Below, piece after piece: positions 1-9,086 of a DNA stretch of 64,000 nucleotides. A program made the translations under genes and the position numbers. Each line of letters starts with the position of its first letter. Position 1 is the stretch's first letter. Under the pieces are notes generated by a model that ran no database searches, was not told where the DNA came from, and was given only the letters and a program-made list of their open reading frames with translations. The DNA comes from a virus (Duplodnaviria > Heunggongvirae > Uroviricota > Caudoviricetes): positions 65,035 to 129,034 of IMG/VR virus record IMGVR_UViG_3300033153_006865. The stretch is one strand, 5' to 3'.

Positions 1-368
1 TTTTTTGAGATATGTCCTTTGCTAGTATTAAACCTACTGGTAACTTTCTTGAGGTTGTCTGCTCTATTATTAAATATATCTCCATCGAAGTGGTCAATAA
101 CTTCGAGAAAACCTTGACTAAGTGAGTGTCCATGAAATGCATTAGCTACAAGTTTATGGACATGGAAGGTTTTTATCAGCCCCTTCTCACTTAGGGCCAC
201 TGCTAGATAGCCTGCTGATAAGGCAGGCTTAAGAATTCTCCCCTTAAAAGTTTGTATTACTCCATTACTACGTGTTATAACTCTTGCCAAGCTTTTAATA
301 TTACCTAGGTGTCCAGCTTGATAAAGTCCTTCATAACCTTCAATATTTTTCCACTCCTCTAATTCCAT
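1..368 (-). CDS. NUMOD4-HNH homing endonuclease (3' end beyond window start; not in ORF track)
   Basis: My translation from ATG at 368: MELEEWKNIEGYEGLYQAGHLGNIKSLAR (NUMOD4-type) ... FHVHKLVANAF ... IDHFDGDIFNNRADNL (HNH). Open to base 1. Confidence 0.9.
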   Translation of the reverse strand, partial: MELEEWKNIEGYEGLYQAGHLGNIKSLARVITRSNGVIQTFKGRILKPALSAGYLAVALSEKGLIKTFHVHKLVANAFHGHSLSQGFLEVIDHFDGDIFNNRADNLKKVTSRFNTSKGHISK

Positions 369-373
369 GACTG

Positions 374-405
374 CAAATATGGAAAATAAAGTTGGTATAT
401 ACAAG
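374..405 (-). promoter_or_regulatory. Weak Bacteroidota-type promoter for the HNH gene
   Basis: CTTG-N20-CATATTTG, then CAGTC-ATG; one mismatch in each box versus TTTG/TAnnTTTG. Confidence 0.4.
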
Positions 406-434
406 AAATCCCCGAGAAAGGTTCCCGAGGATTT
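406..434 (-). terminator. Hairpin terminator ending the cargo-gene block
   Basis: AAATCCTCGGGAA-CCT-TTCTCGGGGATTT: 13-bp stem with two G-U pairs followed by CTT, 20 nt past the 1897-aa stop. Confidence 0.65.
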
Positions 435-454
435 AAATTTTATTGTAAAAGTTG

Positions 455-3400
455 TTATTGAAATTCTGCAACTCCTGTCAAAGTGAGGCCGTTGAAAAAT
501 AAGTAGGAATCTACCTGTTTTTGAACATCTCCTAATTGATTGAATCTATTAAATATAGTTATCTTCTTGACAGTCTGATAAGACTCATTAAATTCTCCAA
601 TGGCAAGAAGTTTAACTGCCTTAAATGCATCGAGTGTCTTTTTTACTTGTATTAAGGGTTGATCGTAAATATCTGCTGGGGTGGCAAGAAGTAATCCGTG
701 GAAAAACGCACTCTGAGTTTCACTTGTTGTACGTAAGGCAATCAGTTGTGCAAAGTCTTCTAAATAGGAATCGTCATCGTCGTCAGCAGCAAGTAATGCA
801 TTTGTAAGGCCTACTAGTATTGCCATCCCTAGAAGATCAAATCCAAACCTTTTTAGATTTCTTCTTTCATGCTCTTCCATTTCTTCTCTTACCCTTTTAT
901 CTCCCTTTATTAGACCGGTTGCAAGTTTATGTACACTAGTTAAGGCCTTTATGTAGTGGCCTGATTCAATCTGACCTGTAGTTATGTTAAAGTGCCTACC
1001 TTTGAAACGTCTTGTAAGATTTAGTATAAACCAACTTCTGTGCATAAGGAATGCATTTGTCAAAGCATCTCTCTGAGCAGCAGTTTGATCAGCTGCTGAT
1101 ACTTGGGAATCTACGTTCTGTACAACGTGTGTAACCTTTGCTGAAATTCTATCACTAAGTTCATCAAATTCTTCTACAGAGTTTTCTGGAAATTTCTCCA
1201 TAAACTTACTTCCTATCTGAACACCTAAGTTTTTATCGATCTTAATATTGTCAAATAGGGTCTCAGTAATAGCATTCCACTCAGCCTTAATTGATGCTTC
1301 AGAAATTTTATTATCCTTTGCCTGTTTAACCTTCTTGAAATTATTATAAGATCTAAACTTACCACCATGAAATTTATGATCATGGAGAATAGATAATAAT
1401 ATTCTAGGGGTTGCTGGAAGATTAGCAAGTTTTGACATAGCAAACTGAGACTTACTTAACCCTCTTATTACTCTACTACTGGCTGATTGTTCTGTTCTAT
1501 CTTTTATGTCAACTATGCCATAAAACTCTAGTAGATGGTTCAAGTCTGAAGTCTTCTTAATATTACCAGATTCTGATACATAATCTACAATCATTCTTGG
1601 TAGAATTTTTCCTGCTTTTCTAGCTGCTGAGGAAGTGTAAAAATCTCCGGATACCCTATCAATTACGTTATTATAAATAGCTGTGGTAAGTGATGTTACA
1701 TCAACTAATGGATTCAAGGCCAAATTCGACTTCTGTATAGCCTTAGTTATCCCTTTAAACGTCTGGGTTAAATCAACTTCTGTACCAAACATTGGAACTT
1801 TAATAGCCCGAGTTTCTCTCACTCCATATAGGTGATGATCAACCATTTCCTGAGCCTTGCTATAATAATTTGAAGTTGCTCCTTTCTTATATATTTTATT
1901 TTTTAAAGTAGATAGTCCTGAATTTATTAAGTTTTGGTTACCAATCTTGTCTATAAGAGCTTTAAACTCCCTCTCAGAATTACTTCTTTCCTTATATCTA
2001 AGCGCAGCCTCATAATCTGTTATAGCTGCAGTAAATACATTTTCGGTAAGTATCTCTGAATTTTTTACTCTTTGTTGGAAATATTTTGGGATAATTCCTA
2101 CGGATAACTCTGATTGTGCTGCTCCTTCAATTTGCTCTCCATACTCTTTTTCATCAATTTTCGACTGGAAGAAATCTGTAAATGAGTCCTTTGCTGTTGC
2201 TACGTCAATAGATCCACTGACAATCTTTTCAATGGCCTTCTCCTTTCTTATCTGCGGTCTTAAGTATTTGTTGATAACTTGGGCATCTCCTTGTAATTCT
2301 AGTGACTCTTCCCGCATATTAACCATCCTCTGTAGAAACTCGTACTGGTCTACGTTTTTAGTTGGTGTGAGTGCTGAAAGATCGTCCTTTCCTAAATTTA
2401 TATAGTCTTCCTTTTTGATTCCAAACCTAGTAAAAAATTCATCATTTAAATATTTACTTAATTTTGGGGTTAGGGGAATGCCCTCTTTAAAGTTTTTATT
2501 CAAAAACTCCCCATTGTTTATGTCTTCACTCCATGTATAGTCTGGTGATATCTCTACATACTCAAGTCCTGGGAACTCTTCTAAGAATTGTTCCTTGTTT
2601 GCAATAAATTCCGAGAGTTTCACTTTACCTGACTTCAAGGCATTGATGCCCTCCGTATATCCAATTGGTTGAAATCTCCTAAAATAACTACCCACAAATC
2701 TTTTTGCATACTCATTTTTTAATGCTTCAACAGCTTCTTCAGTAGATGCCCCCTCTGGAACCACCCCCTCAGCTAAAGATTCTTGTAAAAAATTATCAAA
2801 AGAAGGTTTAAGGTACGTTTTTACCCCACTAAGTATATCCTCGATATCGATGGCAAAAGATTGTACCTTTACCGAATTATCCCTAGTCATGTGCTGTAGA
2901 GCAAATTCATACTCTGATAAACCACTTTCGATTAACATATCATGGAAATCCTGTGTCAACGCACCTTCTGATCCTGTAAAACCTGACTCTTCTTGCATAT
3001 CAAACGGAACATTGATAGCCTTTTTTACCTTAGCAAGCTCCGTATCCAACTCTATTATTCTGGCTTTATTATGGGCCGTCATATGATAGGCATCAGTCTC
3101 AATACTATTGTTGGATTTCTTATGTTGCTTAAGAATATCCTTTCTCAACCTTTGTAGACGCTGGTGTTCTGTAAGTAGCCTTCTCTTATCGGCTGCAGTC
3201 TCAGTGTCTAGGATACTTATATACTCTTCTGCTACCTCTGTAAACCCTTTTGTAGTTCCAATTCCCTCATAAAATTCACTTGTAAGACCAATAGATGCAT
3301 TGGCAAGTGCCCATTCATATGAAATTTCACCAGACTTTTCAAGCTGCTCTAATTTTTCTGAAAACTGTTTCAGTGGAGTATTAGTCTTTGACTCAGACTT

Positions 3401-6148
3401 CAACTCATTTCTATACAACATATCTAAGTTGAATAGATCTAATGCTCTTCTAGACTCAACTGTAAGATCCTCTAAGACTACACCGTCTTCCATAACTGTT
3501 ACATCTCCTGTATAGTCTGGATCAATGGCGAATGGCATAAACTCTTTTTGAGAAATTGTTAAATCTGATGAATTAACTCTATTTAGGCCTTCTTTTAAAT
3601 CTCCTGCATTATTAAATGCACTCTTCTGTGACTGATGATTCCGATAAGCATTCCTTTGTACCACTTTATCTGCCTCAGTAAATTTACTTTGGTCAATAGT
3701 ACCATCTTCGTTTTGATACTTCTTTTTTATGGTGAACATGCTACTGTTCTTCTTATTAATATAGTCTTGAGTATTCTTATCTATATTAGCATCTTTAAAC
3801 CTCTTCTCTCTTTGATCGTAGTGGGCATCAGTATTTCTACGCTCAGTCCCTTCAGTATTTCTCCATTCCTTGATTTGATCTCTGTAAGAGTTGATTAACT
3901 CATCGGATTTAAGTACATTGGCTGGTGTGGTTCCTTCCCTTAACTTCTCAGCCTCCTCTACAGAAATTTCTAAAAGATCTGCTATAATTTGGTTCTCTTT
4001 ATCGGTGAGATCTTTTTCATACTTATCCCAGTTCAATGGTGATAGATAATAAAATGAATTCTTGTTTATGATATCCTTTTGGTGCTCTAATAGTCCTTTT
4101 TCGTCTATCTCCTGGATCTCTGTGTTCAACCTGTTCTTAAGAGCTTTTCTGACCTTTTGGTTGATCATGTTTACTTTTCTGGAAAGTAGCTGTATCAATG
4201 GGTTCTTACTTTGTGACGCTATTCCAAACATTTTTGCAAGCCACCCAATATCATTTATGTTTCCCTCAACATGTCCTCTGAACTCTTTCTGTTCGGCATC
4301 GGTCATATCAAACTCATCCACCACATCACTAACCATCTTTTCGATGTAAGCCTCGTTATCCTTTACCAACTCCGGTTTAATCTTGGCTATCTTTGTGTTG
4401 AGTTCGTCCGTTACAGATGATAACTGGTCAAACAATTTCTTATTTTTATCCTCTAAAGTTAATTTGCCAACACTATTTCTTAGGTTATTAACCATAGTTA
4501 TCAACACATCATTAAGTGAATGAGCAGTGTTTATGTCTTTTTGAGATATTACTTCTCCTGTAGAAGTAGCATGTTTAATAGCTGCCTCAATGGTTTCAGT
4601 TTGGTCAGCTGCAATCCCTACAACCACATTAAGGGAGGACATAATAGTATTCTCATTAATGGAATCATTTAGTCCCTCCAGTTCTGACAAACTAGGGGCT
4701 TGTTGCTTTAATACATTTTTGTGTAAATCTTCAATTACCCTCTTTGCAACACTAAGTTGACCTGCAATACTCTTATGCTTCGTATCCATAGCATTATAAA
4801 AGAATGCTTCAGATCCTTCAAGATTATTCTGGAAGTCGTCTTTTGTTTGAGTTATGATACTATCAGCGATACGATCATTTAACTTTTTTAATGTACGTGT
4901 GTGTGAAGGGGTTACTTTCCCAGTAACTAAATTTACAACACTTTGCCAAAGCTCTCTAAGTCTTTCGATTAAAGTAGTTTGTTGAGGAGAAGCATTTTCT
5001 GTACTGAACTTGTTGATAATTTGAGCCTTCAAAGTTTTACCAAGAATCTCTTTTCTTACCTGATCTTCTAGTCCAACACCTTCAAAAAATTGGGAATACT
5101 TCTCTCTATAAAACTCTGCAAATTCTGCATACTCTTTTGTTTGGTGAACAAGTGCTAATGCACCAGCAATAGAGTTTTGGTCGCTATACATCTCAATAGC
5201 GATGTGTGCAACTTCCTCTGCGAGATCTTCGGATACATCAGCTTTATCTTTTAAAGCTACAACCTTGTTTGCAATATCCGCCAATGCTTCAATGTCTGGA
5301 TCTTGTCCATGTTTATTCCTATAAGTCTCTCTATATGAATCTAAGGTTGTGGTGGTGAATCCGACACTTTTCAAAAATCCCATTAAGGAATTTGTAATAC
5401 CTTTTACGTCTGTGTCTGGCTTCTTTTGTACAGATTCTTGCCTTGTTAATTGTCTTACTGGATCAACCTTTACCTTGTACTCATAAAGTAAATCAGCTTT
5501 ATTTTTAATGTTTTTGTTCCCCTTAACATGTTGTGGAATATCTTCTATACGAATAGGTTTTTTACCCTCCGGAACTTCCATTTCTGTTAACTCATTGTTG
5601 AATTCAATAGTAAGTGTGCCGTCCCCATGTTGCTCCACTCTACCTTCTCCAATAGTGTTTCGTAGTTCATTCTCAGCCATTAAAGCAGTGACAATTTTTG
5701 TATCTTCGAATAATCCTTTCCCTATAAAACGAATAGACCCATCTGATTGGATAGATCTCTGTGCAGATAAATACCCCTGCTGAACAGCTGAGGATAAAAA
5801 TTTGTTTCTCATTGAAGAGTCTGTAGAAAAAATGCCTATAGGAAGGAATACTTCGCTTGATGGGATTTTGAATCCCATTTGTACATCCCCTGATATGCTA
5901 TCGATCAACAGTTCCTCTAGATTGTCATACTCCTTCCCTCCGGATTTGTAAAACAAGTCCGGCTCTTTACCCTCAAAGAGTTTATTTATCGATGGGGATA
6001 AAGCATTCATGTACAATTTCAAGGATGTGTTCCCATCTGCCATGAATAAATTGCTGTGGATTTTATCAAATAATGCCGACCTCTTTCCTTGAGGATTTTT
6101 TACTGATATGATTTCTCCCGAGGGAGAATAATTAATTTTACAAGCCAT
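455..6148 (-). CDS. Giant virion cargo/ejection protein (1897 aa) with degenerate zincin-like motif
   Basis: Last gene of the post-muzzle giant-gene cluster; largely helical and charged; LAEEVAHIAIE motif; hydrophobic segment near C-end (FGFDLLGMAILVGLTNALLA); single Cys at residue 3. Confidence 0.7.
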   Translation of the reverse strand: MACKINYSPSGEIISVKNPQGKRSALFDKIHSNLFMADGNTSLKLYMNALSPSINKLFEGKEPDLFYKSGGKEYDNLEELLIDSISGDVQMGFKIPSSEVFLPIGIFSTDSSMRNKFLSSAVQQGYLSAQRSIQSDGSIRFIGKGLFEDTKIVTALMAENELRNTIGEGRVEQHGDGTLTIEFNNELTEMEVPEGKKPIRIEDIPQHVKGNKNIKNKADLLYEYKVKVDPVRQLTRQESVQKKPDTDVKGITNSLMGFLKSVGFTTTTLDSYRETYRNKHGQDPDIEALADIANKVVALKDKADVSEDLAEEVAHIAIEMYSDQNSIAGALALVHQTKEYAEFAEFYREKYSQFFEGVGLEDQVRKEILGKTLKAQIINKFSTENASPQQTTLIERLRELWQSVVNLVTGKVTPSHTRTLKKLNDRIADSIITQTKDDFQNNLEGSEAFFYNAMDTKHKSIAGQLSVAKRVIEDLHKNVLKQQAPSLSELEGLNDSINENTIMSSLNVVVGIAADQTETIEAAIKHATSTGEVISQKDINTAHSLNDVLITMVNNLRNSVGKLTLEDKNKKLFDQLSSVTDELNTKIAKIKPELVKDNEAYIEKMVSDVVDEFDMTDAEQKEFRGHVEGNINDIGWLAKMFGIASQSKNPLIQLLSRKVNMINQKVRKALKNRLNTEIQEIDEKGLLEHQKDIINKNSFYYLSPLNWDKYEKDLTDKENQIIADLLEISVEEAEKLREGTTPANVLKSDELINSYRDQIKEWRNTEGTERRNTDAHYDQREKRFKDANIDKNTQDYINKKNSSMFTIKKKYQNEDGTIDQSKFTEADKVVQRNAYRNHQSQKSAFNNAGDLKEGLNRVNSSDLTISQKEFMPFAIDPDYTGDVTVMEDGVVLEDLTVESRRALDLFNLDMLYRNELKSESKTNTPLKQFSEKLEQLEKSGEISYEWALANASIGLTSEFYEGIGTTKGFTEVAEEYISILDTETAADKRRLLTEHQRLQRLRKDILKQHKKSNNSIETDAYHMTAHNKARIIELDTELAKVKKAINVPFDMQEESGFTGSEGALTQDFHDMLIESGLSEYEFALQHMTRDNSVKVQSFAIDIEDILSGVKTYLKPSFDNFLQESLAEGVVPEGASTEEAVEALKNEYAKRFVGSYFRRFQPIGYTEGINALKSGKVKLSEFIANKEQFLEEFPGLEYVEISPDYTWSEDINNGEFLNKNFKEGIPLTPKLSKYLNDEFFTRFGIKKEDYINLGKDDLSALTPTKNVDQYEFLQRMVNMREESLELQGDAQVINKYLRPQIRKEKAIEKIVSGSIDVATAKDSFTDFFQSKIDEKEYGEQIEGAAQSELSVGIIPKYFQQRVKNSEILTENVFTAAITDYEAALRYKERSNSEREFKALIDKIGNQNLINSGLSTLKNKIYKKGATSNYYSKAQEMVDHHLYGVRETRAIKVPMFGTEVDLTQTFKGITKAIQKSNLALNPLVDVTSLTTAIYNNVIDRVSGDFYTSSAARKAGKILPRMIVDYVSESGNIKKTSDLNHLLEFYGIVDIKDRTEQSASSRVIRGLSKSQFAMSKLANLPATPRILLSILHDHKFHGGKFRSYNNFKKVKQAKDNKISEASIKAEWNAITETLFDNIKIDKNLGVQIGSKFMEKFPENSVEEFDELSDRISAKVTHVVQNVDSQVSAADQTAAQRDALTNAFLMHRSWFILNLTRRFKGRHFNITTGQIESGHYIKALTSVHKLATGLIKGDKRVREEMEEHERRNLKRFGFDLLGMAILVGLTNALLAADDDDDSYLEDFAQLIALRTTSETQSAFFHGLLLATPADIYDQPLIQVKKTLDAFKAVKLLAIGEFNESYQTVKKITIFNRFNQLGDVQKQVDSYLFFNGLTLTGVAEFQ

Positions 6149-6154
6149 GTTGTT

Positions 6155-6565
6155 TTATTTTCCTCTGTAAACTGTTGCAAATCTGTCGAATAAACGATTC
6201 TTTGTTACTACTGTTAATATTTTTACACTGTCTCCAAGTAGGACCAGCTCTAAATCGACTGATGAGGTTGGTTTATTATCGACCCTCCTTATTTTGTAAA
6301 TAAGCCCTTCTATATCTGAGACTTTTACTAAGTCAAAAATACGGTACTTCCTCTCGTAGGTTCCAACTTGAATAACATCCCCTTTTATAAGTCTGTCCTT
6401 AAGCCCAATGAATGTTGTACTCCCCTTTTTGAAAATCGTTTTTGTGACCTTTGTAGTAGCAATTCTAACAGTGTGGAGCATAGTAAGATCGTTGACTGAC
6501 TTGTCAACCCCAGGCCACTGTGTTTCCTTAATTATTAATGTTTCTTTATTACTATGCACACTCAT
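6155..6565 (-). CDS. Hypothetical protein (136 aa), beta-rich, inside the cargo cluster
   Basis: Fills the gap between two giant genes; overlaps the 843-aa stop by 14 nt. Confidence 0.65.
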   Translation of the reverse strand: MSVHSNKETLIIKETQWPGVDKSVNDLTMLHTVRIATTKVTKTIFKKGSTTFIGLKDRLIKGDVIQVGTYERKYRIFDLVKVSDIEGLIYKIRRVDNKPTSSVDLELVLLGDSVKILTVVTKNRLFDRFATVYRGK

Positions 6566-9083
6566 TTATTGTTTCTTGTATTAAAGATTCCTCACTAGGA
6601 GTATACAAAGGTAACATTTCTATCGAGGATTCCAAAATAGTTGAATAGTTTTCAATACTAATCTTCTGGCTGCTGGACTTAAACTCCTCCCTCAAAGTCC
6701 TTGCTCCAGTATCTGAAATATCAACAACTTCTTTTAGACTTTCAGCTATTCTCTTGGCAGCAGGGGTTGCCTTGCTGTCATGGTGAAAATTCCTACCCTC
6801 CCTACTCGCTTTAGCATATGCCCTTAACATCAACTCAGTGCCTATACCATGCCCTTTGTGACCGTCAGAAACCCCAAACGAATCAGCAAAATAAGCTCCG
6901 TCAAAAGTCTCTTTAAACCTAAATGAGCCCACTCTTACTCCATTCCTTGATGCAATTATTGAAGTACCGTCCTCTATAAAAGTGTGGCTGTCGTCTTTTA
7001 ATTTTGAATACTTCTTCAAGCGTGGGTTTAGCGGGTCTGCTATTCTAGCCTCTTTCTTTTTAAACTGTTCAAAATCTGTTTTGCTTTCAAATCCTGAATA
7101 CTTATCAAAAACTTTTCTAGCATCTGTTTTATCAAAATCGAAATTCAAACTAGATGTATAATAAACAGGATCTTGAGCCGTAGTTATTTTTGAGTATAAT
7201 TCTGCTCCCTCTTTTGATAAAGACTTTCTGTAAAGCTGCCCATCTACTTTTATGAAGTCATTTACATTAGATGGTGTTACTACAAATCCTTTATCAACCT
7301 TATAGTGACTTTTATATTCACTTACCGATCTAGGATTATTTAATACGTAAAGGTCATTATTTACAACTGGGTTAGAGTTGTAGGTTAAATGATTCATTTC
7401 GGAAGATCTTTTTAAGGTTATGTAGTCCTTAAGTTCCTGTTCAAACTCTATACCTTCAATAGATTGTAGACTCTCGGAAAGTGTTATATCATTATCCAAG
7501 ATATCGAATTTAGATAAGACCCCTCTAAAGATGGGGGAGTCTTCAGCTTTTTCCTTGAGAATGTAGCTGTAGAAATCCGAGATAAAATTCATCTTAAGAT
7601 ACTCCTCATTTGTCTTTATATTTATCAATCCGCCAATGTCTACAGACCTTGATATTGGCTTGTGATTAAATGCAACCTGGTACGCAGATAGTAACTCTAC
7701 ATTTCTAAAATCTGCTCCAGTGTCTCTTGTCATTAAGTAACTGGAAATATCTTCTAATACTGAAATTTTGTTATCAGTTCCATCTTTTAGGGGTATGTCT
7801 AAGTTATCATCCATTACCTCTTGATATAAAAACTCTTTTATATCATTTACATCAGCTCCTTGGTCAACTTTATGATAAAGATCCTCTCCTATTTTTATTA
7901 ATCCAAATTCATCAAACAGTGTGTTTTCAGATTGATTTGATTTAAGGGTTATAATATTATATCCTAGGTAGGCATTATCTAGTCTGGCAGTTGCTCCTTT
8001 ATTTACTGTTGGGGCTAATGCCTCCATTCTTGTAGAAAAGTCTGATATGGTTCTATCATTTATTCCCTGTAACATCTCAATGGCACTAGCTACAACTTCT
8101 ATAACCTCATCTCTTTGAATGGAGCTGTTTGCAATGCCTACAACATCTACTCCAATCTTTGCAAAATCTAGTTCAATCTCGTTTAGGATTTTCTTGATTA
8201 AGTCTTGGTTGGCTTCCCATACCTGTGGGTCAAGAGTATTTAAATAGTCATACTGAGCCTCTACTAATACCGTATTTTCATCTCTTTTTATAGTATTTTT
8301 TACAGTAGTATATCTAGTATTATTCTCTTGGCTCAATTGTCCATCTCTTATTGAAAGGACGGGGATTGATTTAATATCCTTTAGTTTATTAAGTAGGGCT
8401 TTGGCAAATTCTGCATCTTCCTCAAATGCTTCGGCTAATCCCTCATAAGGCATCTCCTGGAGTTTGTTTAATAAATCTACTTCATCAGTAAAATTCTTTA
8501 CTGTATTTTTAATAATTTGATCGATTTCTTGTTGGGAAACTCTCTCTGATGAGCCAAAAACTGTCCTCCTTGTTGGATCAGTATAGTATGTGCCCTGTCT
8601 TCCAGTAGTGACTTCAAAATCTTCTATAGATAACTGCCCCTGAACTTTACTCATCATACTGCCTACCTTTAATAAATCAATGTCAAGAAGGTCTTCTCTG
8701 GTATATAAACCTGAAGATATTGCTCTTGTAGTATTAATCTCTAAAGTTCCGTTTGGTTTGAAGATGTCAATTAGGGTTTTATGAAGTTTTGATAAGGAGC
8801 CAATGTTACTTCGTTCCATAAAATCCTTCACTTCCAATCTTTCTGATGGGTATAAATTATTATCTTCTGCCTGCGCTGCATCAAAATACTTTAGTAGATC
8901 TTGCATTGATGCTTGTTCTCCGCCTAAATTCTCATCAAAGGCTGTAGCATACGCATTCAATGCCATAGTCTGATCATTCAATAAATCTAATAGATTTGCA
9001 TACAACTCTGAAGGTTGTCCATTCTCTTTTGTTACATGTGCAGTTCCATCTGCTGAGTACGATATTTTACAGGCTAATCCCAT
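6552..9083 (-). CDS. Virion cargo protein (843 aa) with C-terminal GNAT acetyltransferase domain
   Basis: C-terminal ...IIASRNGVRVGSFRF...FADSFGVSDGHKGHGIGTELMLRAY...ATPAAKRIAESL matches GNAT motifs A/B; N-terminus paralogous to the 1897-aa protein. Confidence 0.7.
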   Translation of the reverse strand: MGLACKISYSADGTAHVTKENGQPSELYANLLDLLNDQTMALNAYATAFDENLGGEQASMQDLLKYFDAAQAEDNNLYPSERLEVKDFMERSNIGSLSKLHKTLIDIFKPNGTLEINTTRAISSGLYTREDLLDIDLLKVGSMMSKVQGQLSIEDFEVTTGRQGTYYTDPTRRTVFGSSERVSQQEIDQIIKNTVKNFTDEVDLLNKLQEMPYEGLAEAFEEDAEFAKALLNKLKDIKSIPVLSIRDGQLSQENNTRYTTVKNTIKRDENTVLVEAQYDYLNTLDPQVWEANQDLIKKILNEIELDFAKIGVDVVGIANSSIQRDEVIEVVASAIEMLQGINDRTISDFSTRMEALAPTVNKGATARLDNAYLGYNIITLKSNQSENTLFDEFGLIKIGEDLYHKVDQGADVNDIKEFLYQEVMDDNLDIPLKDGTDNKISVLEDISSYLMTRDTGADFRNVELLSAYQVAFNHKPISRSVDIGGLINIKTNEEYLKMNFISDFYSYILKEKAEDSPIFRGVLSKFDILDNDITLSESLQSIEGIEFEQELKDYITLKRSSEMNHLTYNSNPVVNNDLYVLNNPRSVSEYKSHYKVDKGFVVTPSNVNDFIKVDGQLYRKSLSKEGAELYSKITTAQDPVYYTSSLNFDFDKTDARKVFDKYSGFESKTDFEQFKKKEARIADPLNPRLKKYSKLKDDSHTFIEDGTSIIASRNGVRVGSFRFKETFDGAYFADSFGVSDGHKGHGIGTELMLRAYAKASREGRNFHHDSKATPAAKRIAESLKEVVDISDTGARTLREEFKSSSQKISIENYSTILESSIEMLPLYTPSEESLIQETINECA

Positions 9084-9086
9084 ATA

